This document shows positions 21,400-31,774 of a DNA stretch of 64,000 nt, one piece after another (position 1 is the stretch's first letter; every line of letters begins with the position of its first letter). The position numbers and the translations under genes were made by a program. The stretch is from Terriglobia bacterium (GTDB lineage Bacteria > Acidobacteriota > Terriglobia > 2-12-FULL-54-10): the NCBI GenBank assembly GCA_963666975.2, contig CAXVYR010000004.1, positions 1,568,001 through 1,632,000 on the forward strand. The letters run 5' to 3'. The notes below the pieces were generated by a model, which saw nothing but the letters and a program-made list of their open reading frames with translations, searched no databases and was not told where the DNA came from.

Positions 21400-22905
21400 T
21401 TATTTCGCTCCAGGTACTTGTACCAACGGAGCTTCGCCTTCCAGCCCTTGCACGACCTGTACCCCCAAAGCGGCCAGGGGGGTGGCACCCCCTTTGAGGA
21501 GCAAACTCGCCGTACCTTGGTAGACTATGCGAGGTTGCATGTCGAAGTCATCCCCCAGACCTACCGTATGGACTCTCTGCGCGATACTCAGCGGCGTCTG
21601 TCCGAACTTGTCCATTACATTCATTCTGGCGTCCTTTTCCATCAGGAACTGAACGATTTTCTCCGCCCCCAGGTATGCTGTGGCGTGCAATGCGGTCTGG
21701 CCGTACGCATTAGCCGCATTGACAACAGCACCCAGTTCCAGCGCCAGATTGATGGCTTCCAGGGCCCTATTCTCCTCCTCCTCCGTGAACGGCGGATAGT
21801 TGGTCCGGTACCGGCCCGCCCCCGCTGCCGCCATCAGAGGCGTGGTTTCCGCCACCATGCGGAGCCTGCGTCCATTCGATGAACTCAGAAACACTGTCGC
21901 GGTCGTCGCCAGCCGTGGATCGGCGCCGCCGGCCGCCAGGAGGCGCATGACAGCGATATGATGGGCGGCGGTTGCCAGGAAAAACGGCGTAGCGCCAACC
22001 TGAATAATGTGCGAGTCGCCTCTGGCCGGATTCCTGATGAGTTGAGCGTTCGGATTCGCTCCACGTGCCAGGAGCGCCTTCACCGCTTCCAGCATGTTCT
22101 CCGCAGCCGCGTTGTGGAGAGCAGTATATCCGTCGCGGTCTGTCACGTTGGGATCCGCGCCCTTCTCCAGCAGAAATAGCGCGAGCTTCTCGTGGCGACT
22201 GGCTGTCGCCACCGCCAATACGCTCATTCCCTCCAGCGTAGCCTCATTCACGTTCGCTCCGGCTTCCAGCAACATCCGTGCAGAGTCCAGATCGCCCTGA
22301 TGAGCAGCAAACAACACCGGCGTGAACCCGCCACGGGTACGGGCACTTGCGTCCGCTCCGTTCTCGATCAACGCCCGCACGACCTCCCGGTGTTTCTCCG
22401 CTATCGCCCACATCAGCGCCGTCTGTCCGCCTCGGATTTCCTTCGCGTTTATGTCCGCTCCGCGGGCCAGCAACGATTTTACGGCGTCCCCCATTCCCCT
22501 GCCGGCGCAAGCCATAAGCGCCGTCTCGCCTGACCGCAGCGCGGGGTTCGGATCCGCTCCCGCCTCGAGTAGCTTTTCGACCCCGGCGGCGTTCCCGTTG
22601 GCGCAAGCCAGCCAGAGAGCAGTGGCGCCGTACTCGTTCGCAGCGTTCACGTCTGCGCCTGCGCGAATCAGAAGCTCTGCCGTTTCCAGATCATCCAGAT
22701 GGACCGCCCACATCAGAGCTGTCGCCCCATCCGGCTGGGTCGCATTCACGTCGGCATGTGCCTTTAGCAGGGAGCGCACGGCCTTCTGGTCTCCCTTCTC
22801 GACCGCCTCCACTAGCTGCAGATCGCCGCTGGGAGCGGCAAGGCTCGCGACCGACAGCAGAGGTATCAGCCATAAACCGCGCAGTCCTTTTGCCTTGATA
22901 CCCAT
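21400..22905 (-). CDS. Exported ankyrin-repeat protein (triad 1)
   Basis: Signal peptide; many G.TAL..A..LL..GAD.N repeats; GGAGG RBS. Confidence 0.9.
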   Translation of the reverse strand: MGIKAKGLRGLWLIPLLSVASLAAPSGDLQLVEAVEKGDQKAVRSLLKAHADVNATQPDGATALMWAVHLDDLETAELLIRAGADVNAANEYGATALWLACANGNAAGVEKLLEAGADPNPALRSGETALMACAGRGMGDAVKSLLARGADINAKEIRGGQTALMWAIAEKHREVVRALIENGADASARTRGGFTPVLFAAHQGDLDSARMLLEAGANVNEATLEGMSVLAVATASRHEKLALFLLEKGADPNVTDRDGYTALHNAAAENMLEAVKALLARGANPNAQLIRNPARGDSHIIQVGATPFFLATAAHHIAVMRLLAAGGADPRLATTATVFLSSSNGRRLRMVAETTPLMAAAGAGRYRTNYPPFTEEEENRALEAINLALELGAVVNAANAYGQTALHATAYLGAEKIVQFLMEKDARMNVMDKFGQTPLSIAQRVHTVGLGDDFDMQPRIVYQGTASLLLKGGATPLAALGVQVVQGLEGEAPLVQVPGAK

Positions 22906-23140
22906 GCTCGTCCCTCCTTTCATCCGGCGACCGGGATCCACGATGCTGTTAGCGGGTTTGCGCTCTGGGGTGATTTCATGCTGTTTTGTAAACAGCGGGA
23001 GCCTCGGTATAAGGATGGAAAACACGATGAGCGATAAAGCCGCCTGGGAGCCCGCCCGGCTGGCGCCCCTTCGGGCCCAACAGCCCGGCTCGATGTTGCT
23101 TTCGTGCCTGACACCGTAGCGCCAATCCCGTCACCGCCAT

Positions 23141-24487
23141 CTACACGGAGGGAAGGTCAAGCCTTCCGCTGCTGTCGCCGAACTTCTCAGACGGAACCCC
23201 CGCTTTCTCCAACAGGGTCAAGTACAAATTTGTCAGCGGCGTACCCTTTGGATACCGGAGGTGACGCCCACCCTTGACATGGGCCGCTCCTCCACCCGCT
23301 AACAGGATGGGCAGGTCTACAGGGACATGTTTATTGCCGTCGCTCAGGCCGCTGCCGTAGACGATCATTGAATGGTCCAACAGGGAGCCATCGCCGTCCG
23401 GCGTAGACCGCAGCTTCTCGAGGAAATAGGCGAACATCTCGGCATGGAAGATGTTGACCGTAAGCGCCTTCGCAATCTTTTCGGGATCGCCCTGGTGATG
23501 CGTCAACGGGTGATACGGATCGCTAATGCCCAGCTCGGGGTAGCTCTGGTTGCCCATTTCGTGGCCCACCTGGAGGGTGCTGACGCGTGTCAGGTCGGAC
23601 TGGTAAGCCAGTGCCTGCAAATCAAACATTAGCCTGAGATGCTCTCCGGCTGTGTCCGGGATACCACCGGGCCGCTCCAATGTCGGCAGCTTCCGGGAAG
23701 GATTTTCCTCAGCCTTCTGGATGCGCCGCTCGAGGTCGCGAATGGCGTCGAGATACTGGTTGACCCGAGTGCGGTCGCTCGGACCCAGCCCAGTCAGGAG
23801 CCGAGTCACCTCCTGCGTTACAAAATCGAGAATGCTGCGGTTCTTCTGGATTCGAGCGTGCCGCTCCGCCGGGTCCGTGCTGTCGCTGCTTCCGAACAAG
23901 CGTTCGAACACGGCGCGCGGTTGGTTCTGCATCGGCAGCGGCGTCTTTGAGTCGCGCCAGCAAATCGTGTTGGTGTAGGAGCAACCACCGTCGCAAGTGC
24001 CCAGTACCTCGGCCGATTCGATCCCGAGCTCCAGCGAGGCCAGCTCTGTATGTTTTTTGAGTTCCTGGGCGGCGACTTGGTCCACCGAGATACCTGCGCT
24101 CAGCTCTGTCACTCTCGAATTCACGTAAACACCCGTCAGGAAGGCTGCGCTGGCGCGCGGATGCTCTCCCGAGTTATCCTTGCCCGGCACTCCCCAAGCT
24201 TGCTTGGAATCCAGCCCGCTCAGCACCAGAAGCTGCTCCCGAAAGGGAGCGAGCGGCTTCAGAATCGGAGTGAACTCGAAAGCGGCGCCCTCCGCCGCCG
24301 GGGTCCACCGATCCATAATCGCGCCGTTCGGAACATAGACAAACGTCAGGCGGATCGGGGGTTTGGCCGCGGTGTCGCTGGCCGCTGCGAACGCCGGGAC
24401 CATGGAGTCCAGCAGCGGCAGTGCCAGCGTCGCGCTGGCCCCGCGCAAAAAGGCGCGGCGTGGAATCACTTTCTTGAAAATCATCAT
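23141..24487 (-). CDS. DUF1552 (HXXSHH) protein, Tat-like leader (triad 1)
   Basis: PRRAFLRG..LALPLLDSM, YVPNG, SVDQVAA, HPLTHH, LLDHSMIVYGS. Confidence 0.9.
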   Translation of the reverse strand: MMIFKKVIPRRAFLRGASATLALPLLDSMVPAFAAASDTAAKPPIRLTFVYVPNGAIMDRWTPAAEGAAFEFTPILKPLAPFREQLLVLSGLDSKQAWGVPGKDNSGEHPRASAAFLTGVYVNSRVTELSAGISVDQVAAQELKKHTELASLELGIESAEVLGTCDGGCSYTNTICWRDSKTPLPMQNQPRAVFERLFGSSDSTDPAERHARIQKNRSILDFVTQEVTRLLTGLGPSDRTRVNQYLDAIRDLERRIQKAEENPSRKLPTLERPGGIPDTAGEHLRLMFDLQALAYQSDLTRVSTLQVGHEMGNQSYPELGISDPYHPLTHHQGDPEKIAKALTVNIFHAEMFAYFLEKLRSTPDGDGSLLDHSMIVYGSGLSDGNKHVPVDLPILLAGGGAAHVKGGRHLRYPKGTPLTNLYLTLLEKAGVPSEKFGDSSGRLDLPSV

Positions 24488-26829
24488 CGCTGCTGGGACC
24501 TCCTCATCTGAAACGGCTGGCTTTTGACGATGCCTCCGATTAGCGACGACCAACGGTATTCACTGGGCGCCGCCTCCCGTGTGATCTTGCGGATGACAGG
24601 AATATCGTAATATTCCACCGCCCGGCCCAGGGCGTACGTGAAAAGTTTTTCGGTCAAGGTGTGGACGAATGCTTCGCGGCGGCTCAGCAAGATCTCCCGG
24701 AGCTCAGCCGGACCCTGGAATTTGGTGCCGTCGGGCAGGACCCCGGACGCATCGATAGGGGTCTTTGCCTCGGTGGTTCGCCACTGGCCGATCGCATCAA
24801 AGTTTTCGAGCGCGAAGCCCAGCGGGTCCATCAGCTTGTGGCAGCTCGCGCAGGCGGGATTCGCACGGTGCTGCTCCATCCGCTGGCGCATCGTCAGGGC
24901 CTTCGCATGCTTGTCCTCCTTCAGCGACGGAACGTTCGGGGGCGGCGGAGGGGGTGGCGTGCCCAGGATATTTTCCAGCAACCACTTGCCCCGGAGAGTG
25001 GGGGCGGTCCGAGTGGCATACGATGTGACCGCCAGAATGCTGCCTTGGCCTAGCAATCCTCTTCGATTGGGATCGTTGAGCGCTACGCGCCGAAAGCGGC
25101 TGCCGTAAACTTCCTCAATCCCGTAGTGCCGGGCCAAACGTTCGTTGAGAAAAGTGTAGTCTGCATTCAACAAATCCAGCACGCTGCGATTCTCTTGCAC
25201 AATGCTTTCGAAGAAAAGCTCCGTCTCTTTGATAAACGCCTTCCGGAGATTTTCATCGAAATTGGGGAATACTGCCAGATCCGGCGCCTTCGTCCGCATA
25301 TTGCGCAGGAACAGCCACTGCCCGGCAAAATTGCTCACCAAAGCCTGCGAGCGGGAATGGCGAAGCATGCGTCGTACCTGCTGTTCCAGCACCGCAGGAT
25401 CTTTGAGCCGGCCCCGTTCGGCCAGGTCCAGAAGCTCGTCGTCGGGCATGCTGCTCCAGAGGAAAAACGACAACCGGGAAGCCAGTTCAACGTCGCTGAT
25501 GCGATAGGCCGTATCCGGGGCCACATTCGCCGGATCGCGCTCGGCGCGGAACAGGAATCCCGGGCTAACCAGCATTCCCTCAATCGCCGTCCGGATTCCT
25601 ACTTCGAACCCCGCTTTGCTGCGGCCAGTCCTGTAAAGGCTCAGCAGAGGCTGGGTGTCTTGCTCGGTGACCGGCCGGCGGTAAGCGCGGCGCGCCAGAG
25701 CGTGGAGAATCTTCTTGGCGCAAGCTTCCTCGTCCGCGATAGCGGCTGGGCGGCACAAAAAAATCTTGCGGCGGCTGGCCGTCTCCCCCGGCCCTCTGGC
25801 GTTGTAAGGTCCGTCGATGGTGACACTGCCCACGCCCTCGAAAGCAACCGTCCTCCGATACCCCCCATCGCGCGGAATACCTTCCGGCTTCAGGGTGTCT
25901 TTCAGGAACGTGACCCCAACCAGCCGGGGACCCGCTTTCGCCGAGAAGCGAACTTCCAGGCCTGCATCCGCCGTGTGTTCGTAATCTTTCCTGCCGTTGC
26001 GCTCGCCGCCAACCTGGAACAGCTTGATTCTGGCGCCATCCAGGCGGACATCGAGCTGCTTCGGCTCGTAGATGGCAATGATGTTCCCCAGGTTGTCTCT
26101 TTGAAGGCGGACCTTAATGACGTATTCGCCGTCCACCGGGAAGTGATGGCGGATGGCGACTCCCCCACGCGACCCGAACGGGAGAGCTTCGCTGATGCGA
26201 TCGTTTTGCCGGAGGGAATTGGAAAGATCGTACTCCTCCAGGACGGGAGGGATGCCAGTATCTCCAATGGCAAGGCGACTGATCTGCTCTGCCACTGTAA
26301 GGTATCGTTCAAACAGCACCGGCGATACCGCCAAGACGTCCGCAATGTTGTCAAAACCGTGGGCCGCATCATCGGCGGGAAGCAGTGATCTCTCGTCGAT
26401 TTCAATTCCAAGCAGATCGCGGATCGAGTTGGCGTATTCGGATCGGTTGAGACGATGGACGGCGGCTAGGCTGCCGGGATTGGGCCTGGCCTCGGCTGCG
26501 CGGTCCAGCTCCATTTCTACGTACGCCGCAAAGGAGTCAGAGGTGGCTTGATCCGGCCGCGGCATGCCAGGCGGCGGCATCTGTCCAGCCCGAAGTTTGC
26601 GGATAACCTTCTCCCATACCTCCGCGTCTGCGGGAACATTCTCGATGTCCACCTGGCTGAGAATCAGTCCCGCCGTTTTGAGTTTTTCATTGTGGCAGGC
26701 GATGCAGTACTGGTTGAGCACTGCACGGTATTGTGATGGCGCCTGCGGATCAGGGCTCGACAGCTCCTGCGCAGATACCGGGAGACAGCCGACTGCGGCC
26801 ACCGCCAGGCCCAGAATCGTTCTGAACAT
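24484..26829 (-). CDS. DUF1592/1588/1585/1587/1595 planctomycete-type cytochrome c protein (triad 1)
   Basis: CIACH and CASCH haem motifs, HRLNRSEY, ASRLSFFLWSS, RGKWLLENILG, YALGR. Confidence 0.92.
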   Translation of the reverse strand: MFRTILGLAVAAVGCLPVSAQELSSPDPQAPSQYRAVLNQYCIACHNEKLKTAGLILSQVDIENVPADAEVWEKVIRKLRAGQMPPPGMPRPDQATSDSFAAYVEMELDRAAEARPNPGSLAAVHRLNRSEYANSIRDLLGIEIDERSLLPADDAAHGFDNIADVLAVSPVLFERYLTVAEQISRLAIGDTGIPPVLEEYDLSNSLRQNDRISEALPFGSRGGVAIRHHFPVDGEYVIKVRLQRDNLGNIIAIYEPKQLDVRLDGARIKLFQVGGERNGRKDYEHTADAGLEVRFSAKAGPRLVGVTFLKDTLKPEGIPRDGGYRRTVAFEGVGSVTIDGPYNARGPGETASRRKIFLCRPAAIADEEACAKKILHALARRAYRRPVTEQDTQPLLSLYRTGRSKAGFEVGIRTAIEGMLVSPGFLFRAERDPANVAPDTAYRISDVELASRLSFFLWSSMPDDELLDLAERGRLKDPAVLEQQVRRMLRHSRSQALVSNFAGQWLFLRNMRTKAPDLAVFPNFDENLRKAFIKETELFFESIVQENRSVLDLLNADYTFLNERLARHYGIEEVYGSRFRRVALNDPNRRGLLGQGSILAVTSYATRTAPTLRGKWLLENILGTPPPPPPPNVPSLKEDKHAKALTMRQRMEQHRANPACASCHKLMDPLGFALENFDAIGQWRTTEAKTPIDASGVLPDGTKFQGPAELREILLSRREAFVHTLTEKLFTYALGRAVEYYDIPVIRKITREAAPSEYRWSSLIGGIVKSQPFQMRRSQQR

Positions 26830-27301
26830 TATCGTCCATCTCCTGTTTTGCTAGCTAATCCTAGCAGGCAAAAATAGTTAGGTCAATTGGGAAAAAGCAT
26901 GGGGCTATCGTTCCGTTGGGCACCATCACGCACTCGTTGGGAAGTAAGAATCTTGCCGGTGGAACCAAACGAGGTCTAAAAAAAAGGAGCGGCCGGTGTG
27001 CCTTTTTCTAGTCGCCAGAAAACCGGAGCCGCTTTCGGAGGGTAGGAGGCGGGTGCTTGTGAGGGATTCTTCCTCGCGGAGGGAGTCAGTATCTGCGGGC
27101 CGTCCGGCAGTGAGATCCGATGGAGATCTGCTCCAGGGAAGTTTTCTGTTCTGCGGTTGGACGGTCCTGACGTATGATTCTAAATCAGGGTAACTCGGAA
27201 TCCCATCCTGGCCTGGAGGCTGACCGGTAGATGTAAATACGGATTCACAGCCTTGCGGCCCGGACCAGATTTACGGCGTGCCTTTGGATAGGAGGATACG
27301 G

Positions 27302-28618
27302 ATGTCACCCAACCCAACCCTTGCGGCCAGCCTGACCGTTGCCAGTTGCCTGTTGCTGGCTTGCGGGGCGCCTCCGCAGAATGGCCAGCCTTCGCGGAAC
27401 AACCTTGACCCTGTCGTAGAAATCGGACCGGCAGAGAACCTGCGCCTTCCCGAACCCTATGCGACTCCTGTGGCACTCAGGCGCCCGAAGATCATCGGCT
27501 GGCCGGCGGGACACGCCCCGGCCGCGCCGCCTGGCTTTCGAGTGGATCGATTCGCAGAAGACCTGGAAAACCCGCGCTCGCTTTATGTGCTTCCCGATGG
27601 CGATGTGCTGGTGGCGGAATCAGACCGCATGGATGAGGTGGCCATAGGCCCTTCGGCGAACCGGATCACCTTGCTGCGGGATGCCGACCAGGATGGCAGC
27701 CCCGAGGTCCGCGAAGTCTTCCTGACGGGTCTGAATCAGCCGTTCGGGATGCTGCTTCTCGGCGGGAGCTTCTATGTTGCTAACACGGACGGGCTTGTCC
27801 GCTATCCCTACCGGCCGGGCCAAACACGGATCTCCGCGCCAGGGGAAAAAATCCTGGACCTGCCCGCCGGCGGGGAGCACTGGACGCGCAACGTCATCGC
27901 GAGCGCGGATGGATCAAAACTATACGTCGCCGTCGGTGCCTCCACCAATGTGGATGAGGAAAGGATCGACGTCAACGACGAGCGGCGCGCTGCCATCCTG
28001 GAAGTAAATCCCGACGGCAGCCAGATGCGCGTCTTCGCGAGCGGGCTCCGTAATGCCGTGGGCATGGGCTGGGAGCCGGAGACTAATACCTTATGGACGG
28101 TTGTGAATGCGCGTGGCTACCTGGGCGACCAATTGCCGCCGGATTACTTCACCAGCGTGCAGGAAGGGACTTTCTACGGCTGGCCATACTCCTACTTTGG
28201 GCAATACGAAGACCCTCGGAAGAAGGGCGAGCGGCCGGACCTGGTCGCCCGGGCTGTCGCGCCGGACTATGCCCTGGGCGCCCATCATGCCCCGCTGGGT
28301 CTTGTCTTCTATAACGGTGCAGCATTCCCCCAGCAATACCGCGGGGGCGCGTTCATTGCTGAACACGGATCTGTGGGTCGCGCGAACTTCGTCGGCTACA
28401 AGGTGCTGTTTCTACCTTTCCAGAATGGGCAGCCGAGTGGGCTCGGTCAGGATTTCCTTGCCGGCTTCATAGCCAATGAGGAGACGTCTGAGGTCTATGG
28501 CCGGCCGACCGGCCTGGCGGTCCTGCTCGACGGGTCCTTGCTGGTTTCCGATGACGTGTCGAGGACGATATGGCGTGTGAGTGCAGCAGGGGCGGAGAAC
28601 TCAAACCGTTCAAATTGA
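27302..28618 (+). CDS. Glucose/sorbosone dehydrogenase family (PQQ-type propeller) lipoprotein
   Basis: LLAC lipobox; LYVAVGASTN, SGLRNAVG, YGWPY, GRPTGL. Confidence 0.88.
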   Translation: MSPNPTLAASLTVASCLLLACGAPPQNGQPSRNNLDPVVEIGPAENLRLPEPYATPVALRRPKIIGWPAGHAPAAPPGFRVDRFAEDLENPRSLYVLPDGDVLVAESDRMDEVAIGPSANRITLLRDADQDGSPEVREVFLTGLNQPFGMLLLGGSFYVANTDGLVRYPYRPGQTRISAPGEKILDLPAGGEHWTRNVIASADGSKLYVAVGASTNVDEERIDVNDERRAAILEVNPDGSQMRVFASGLRNAVGMGWEPETNTLWTVVNARGYLGDQLPPDYFTSVQEGTFYGWPYSYFGQYEDPRKKGERPDLVARAVAPDYALGAHHAPLGLVFYNGAAFPQQYRGGAFIAEHGSVGRANFVGYKVLFLPFQNGQPSGLGQDFLAGFIANEETSEVYGRPTGLAVLLDGSLLVSDDVSRTIWRVSAAGAENSNRSN

Positions 28619-28639
28619 CATGGAGATTTGTCGTAGAGA

Positions 28640-31471
28640 ATGGCTCGGAAAATACATTGCTTGATCAGTATCCTGCTCTGCGGCTCTCTGCCTTGTTTGG
28701 CAGCAGTCATTCAGGGCGAGGTTACCGATGCGCAGGGTAGAGCGATTGCTGGTGTCTCCATTGAAGTGCGGCAGGCGGATTCCAGCTTCCGCATATCAGT
28801 CCTGACCGGAGAGAATGGCGATTATTCTCTCGACGACCTGCCTCCCGGCACCTACACGCTACGCGCCAGGAAGGACGGATATGCCGAATCGGTTCAGGGG
28901 CCGATCCCGGCCCTGCAGGACACAGCCAGCGTCGTGGTCAACTTCCGTATTTCCCAGAGCGGCGGGAGCGAAGTCTTGCGCGGAGCCGAGGAGCGCAACC
29001 CCAACGACTTCATTCTCCGCCTCGATACCAACGCTATTCAGAATGAGCTTTCCCGCGTCGGGGCCTCCCTCCGATACATTCCGGAGTTTCGTTCGGATCG
29101 GAGCTATTACGGTGAGCAGTTCGGTTATCCGTTGCGCGGTGTGGAGTTGGCTTCGCACCGGAGGCCGCTCCAGGGTTTCCATGGGTCCTTTTATGAGTTT
29201 CACAATAACAATGCCCTCAATACACGGCCTTTCTTCCAGGTGAGCTCACTCAAACCCTCCCGGAGCAATCAGTACGGCTTCTCGGTTTCCGGTCCGATCC
29301 TTTCCGAGAAGTTGTCCTACCGGTTTGCCTGGGGGCAGATCCGCGACTCTGGATTTGTGAACGGCAATGTGCAGGTTCCGCTGGCAAACGAGAGGCAGCC
29401 CCGCTCGGAGGATCCGGAGAAGAATGCCATCATCGCAGCTTTTCTCAACGGATTTCCGGAGGAGCCCCCCAACAGAACGGAATTCACTCCCCGGCACCTG
29501 AACACTAATGCGCGTCGCGACATTCGCAATACCGCATTTTCGCTGCATCTGGATTATCAACCCCGCTCCACGGACCAGATCGCGTACGATCAGCAATTCT
29601 CGGACTATTCCCAGGAACCCTTTGAGTTGGTGGCGGGTCAGAACCCGGAGACTCTCTTGCGGCCGCAGAGCTATCGTCTCTCCCATAGCCACAGTTTCTC
29701 CCCACAAACGATCTCCCGGCTCGCGTTCAACTACGATCGTCTGCGAGCTATCTTGTCCCCGACGACGCGCTACCGGAATCTGCTGCTGGATGTGGGCATC
29801 GAGGTAGTGCCGGATGTGGAACTCGGGGACGAACTGACCAATCTGGGGATGCCGCAGCGGGGGATACCTATCAAACGCTTCGAGAACCATTTTCTGTTTT
29901 CCTCCCAAATATCGCACATCCGGGGCCGTCATGCTTTGTCGATGGGCTTTAGCTGGAAGCGCCTTCAGGACAACGACCTGCGAAATGACCACACTCGCAA
30001 GACACTTTCTTTTCGCAATGATTTTGGCCGCACGGCAGTGGAAAATTTTCTGCTGGGCGTGCCAAGCCGGATGTTTATCGGGACTGGGAATCGATATATT
30101 GGCAGTCGGAATTGGGAATATGTTTTCTACTTGCAGGATCGTTTCACGGTCAGTCCCAGTTTCTTTCTCAATTTGGGGATCCGCTATGAAATTCTCACCG
30201 CCCCCCGGGATGTAACCGGCCGCATCCCATTTCTTTACGGCACGGATGCCAATAACTTTGCTCCGCAGTTTGGTTTTGCATGGAACCCCGGTCAAGGGAG
30301 GACTGTGATTCGGGGAGGATATGGAGTCGCTTTCGGAACCATTTCGGTGGCGACTTACAGTCGCCAGCGCTCGAATCCTCCCAATAGCAGCATCGAAGTC
30401 ATCCCGGTTCCTGACTTGCTCGATATACGGAAGACCATCGCGCCGGAGGTCGATCCAGACGTAATAGCGAACCAGAACATCGTGGGGCCGGACTTGGTCG
30501 TTCCCTATTCCCACATCTACAACCTGGCAGTGGAACGGGAGTTGCCCGCAAATACTATTCTCAGGGTTGGATACCTCGGCAGCAGAACGTTCAAGATGTT
30601 TACGGGTGCAGTCTTCAACCGCGCCCAGCCTGTTGACGGTATTCTTGCGACCTCGGCGAATGTGAACCAGAGGCGGCCGGATCCCAGGTTCCACCGAATT
30701 TACAATATCATCAACAGTTCGATCGGTTATCTGGACGCCTTGCAAGTCACGGTGAACAAACGGAGTAGTCGGGGACTCGCCTTCCAAGCGAGGTACGCCT
30801 TCAGCAAGGCCATCGATACGAGCGGGCACGATTTCGCCGACATTGGCTCCGGCGCGGATGTGAGTCAGACCTCGGAGTTGTTCTCGGATCTGAAAGGGCT
30901 CAGCCGGTTTGATACGCCGCACTCTTTCTCCGTCAGCTATAGCTACGAAATGCCGGCAGGCTTGGCGGGCCAAGGCTTTCTGTCATTTCTGTTGGGGAGG
31001 TGGACCGTTTCCGGGACGACCATTTTCCGGTCCGGCACGCCCTTTTCGGTCTTCACCGGGTCCGATGCCCCGGGCTTCGGCAATGTGGACGGCGAGAGCG
31101 ATGACAGGCCCAACCTCCTCCATCCCGGCATTCTGGGAGCGAGCGTGGACCATCCCGATACGGCCACATCCATCCTCCGGCGGGAATACTTTGATACGAA
31201 CCTTCCCGTGGGTGGCCGAGGCAACCTGGGATACCGTACTTTTCGCAAGGATGGCACCAATAATTGGAATCTTGCCTTGGCGAAGAGCTTTCCGTTATCA
31301 GCGGCTGATCCTGGAAAGCAGCTTCAGTTCCGGGTTGCTTTCTTCAATTTCCTCAATCACGCGCAGTTCAGCGCGCCGGGCAGTTCTGTTTCCTCGCCAA
31401 CGTTTGGAAAAATTACTAACACAGTGAACAAGGGACGCGTTACGCAGTTCATGCTTCGGCTTCTCTTCTAA
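28640..31471 (+). CDS. TonB-dependent receptor-like protein (carboxypeptidase-regulatory N-domain, Oar-type barrel)
   Basis: GEVTDAQG..IAG, PGTYTL, NNFAPQFGFAW, VIRGGYG, C-terminal QFMLRLLF. Confidence 0.88.
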   Translation: MARKIHCLISILLCGSLPCLAAVIQGEVTDAQGRAIAGVSIEVRQADSSFRISVLTGENGDYSLDDLPPGTYTLRARKDGYAESVQGPIPALQDTASVVVNFRISQSGGSEVLRGAEERNPNDFILRLDTNAIQNELSRVGASLRYIPEFRSDRSYYGEQFGYPLRGVELASHRRPLQGFHGSFYEFHNNNALNTRPFFQVSSLKPSRSNQYGFSVSGPILSEKLSYRFAWGQIRDSGFVNGNVQVPLANERQPRSEDPEKNAIIAAFLNGFPEEPPNRTEFTPRHLNTNARRDIRNTAFSLHLDYQPRSTDQIAYDQQFSDYSQEPFELVAGQNPETLLRPQSYRLSHSHSFSPQTISRLAFNYDRLRAILSPTTRYRNLLLDVGIEVVPDVELGDELTNLGMPQRGIPIKRFENHFLFSSQISHIRGRHALSMGFSWKRLQDNDLRNDHTRKTLSFRNDFGRTAVENFLLGVPSRMFIGTGNRYIGSRNWEYVFYLQDRFTVSPSFFLNLGIRYEILTAPRDVTGRIPFLYGTDANNFAPQFGFAWNPGQGRTVIRGGYGVAFGTISVATYSRQRSNPPNSSIEVIPVPDLLDIRKTIAPEVDPDVIANQNIVGPDLVVPYSHIYNLAVERELPANTILRVGYLGSRTFKMFTGAVFNRAQPVDGILATSANVNQRRPDPRFHRIYNIINSSIGYLDALQVTVNKRSSRGLAFQARYAFSKAIDTSGHDFADIGSGADVSQTSELFSDLKGLSRFDTPHSFSVSYSYEMPAGLAGQGFLSFLLGRWTVSGTTIFRSGTPFSVFTGSDAPGFGNVDGESDDRPNLLHPGILGASVDHPDTATSILRREYFDTNLPVGGRGNLGYRTFRKDGTNNWNLALAKSFPLSAADPGKQLQFRVAFFNFLNHAQFSAPGSSVSSPTFGKITNTVNKGRVTQFMLRLLF

Positions 31472-31774
31472 CTTGGCAATCATACCTTGCGGAGAGCAGG
31501 GAAGACTTATCATCAAAAGGGCTTGACATCCTCAGCAGGACAGTTTTAGTGTTGGCACATCATGCCTGCAAAGCAAGAACAGGATGCAAGTAAAGTCGAT
31601 TCAGAAGTAGATTCTTTTCTCTTTTTTTGGAGTGAGAAGATCGGGAGAGTTGCAATTACTGAGATGGAGCGAGATTCTGTGGGCCCGATAGCGCAGCCGG
31701 GCATAGCTAGCTCTTTGACGTGATGATGCGGACTGCATGGAGAGGCAGGACGCGAGAATGAGCAGGAGGTCCTG

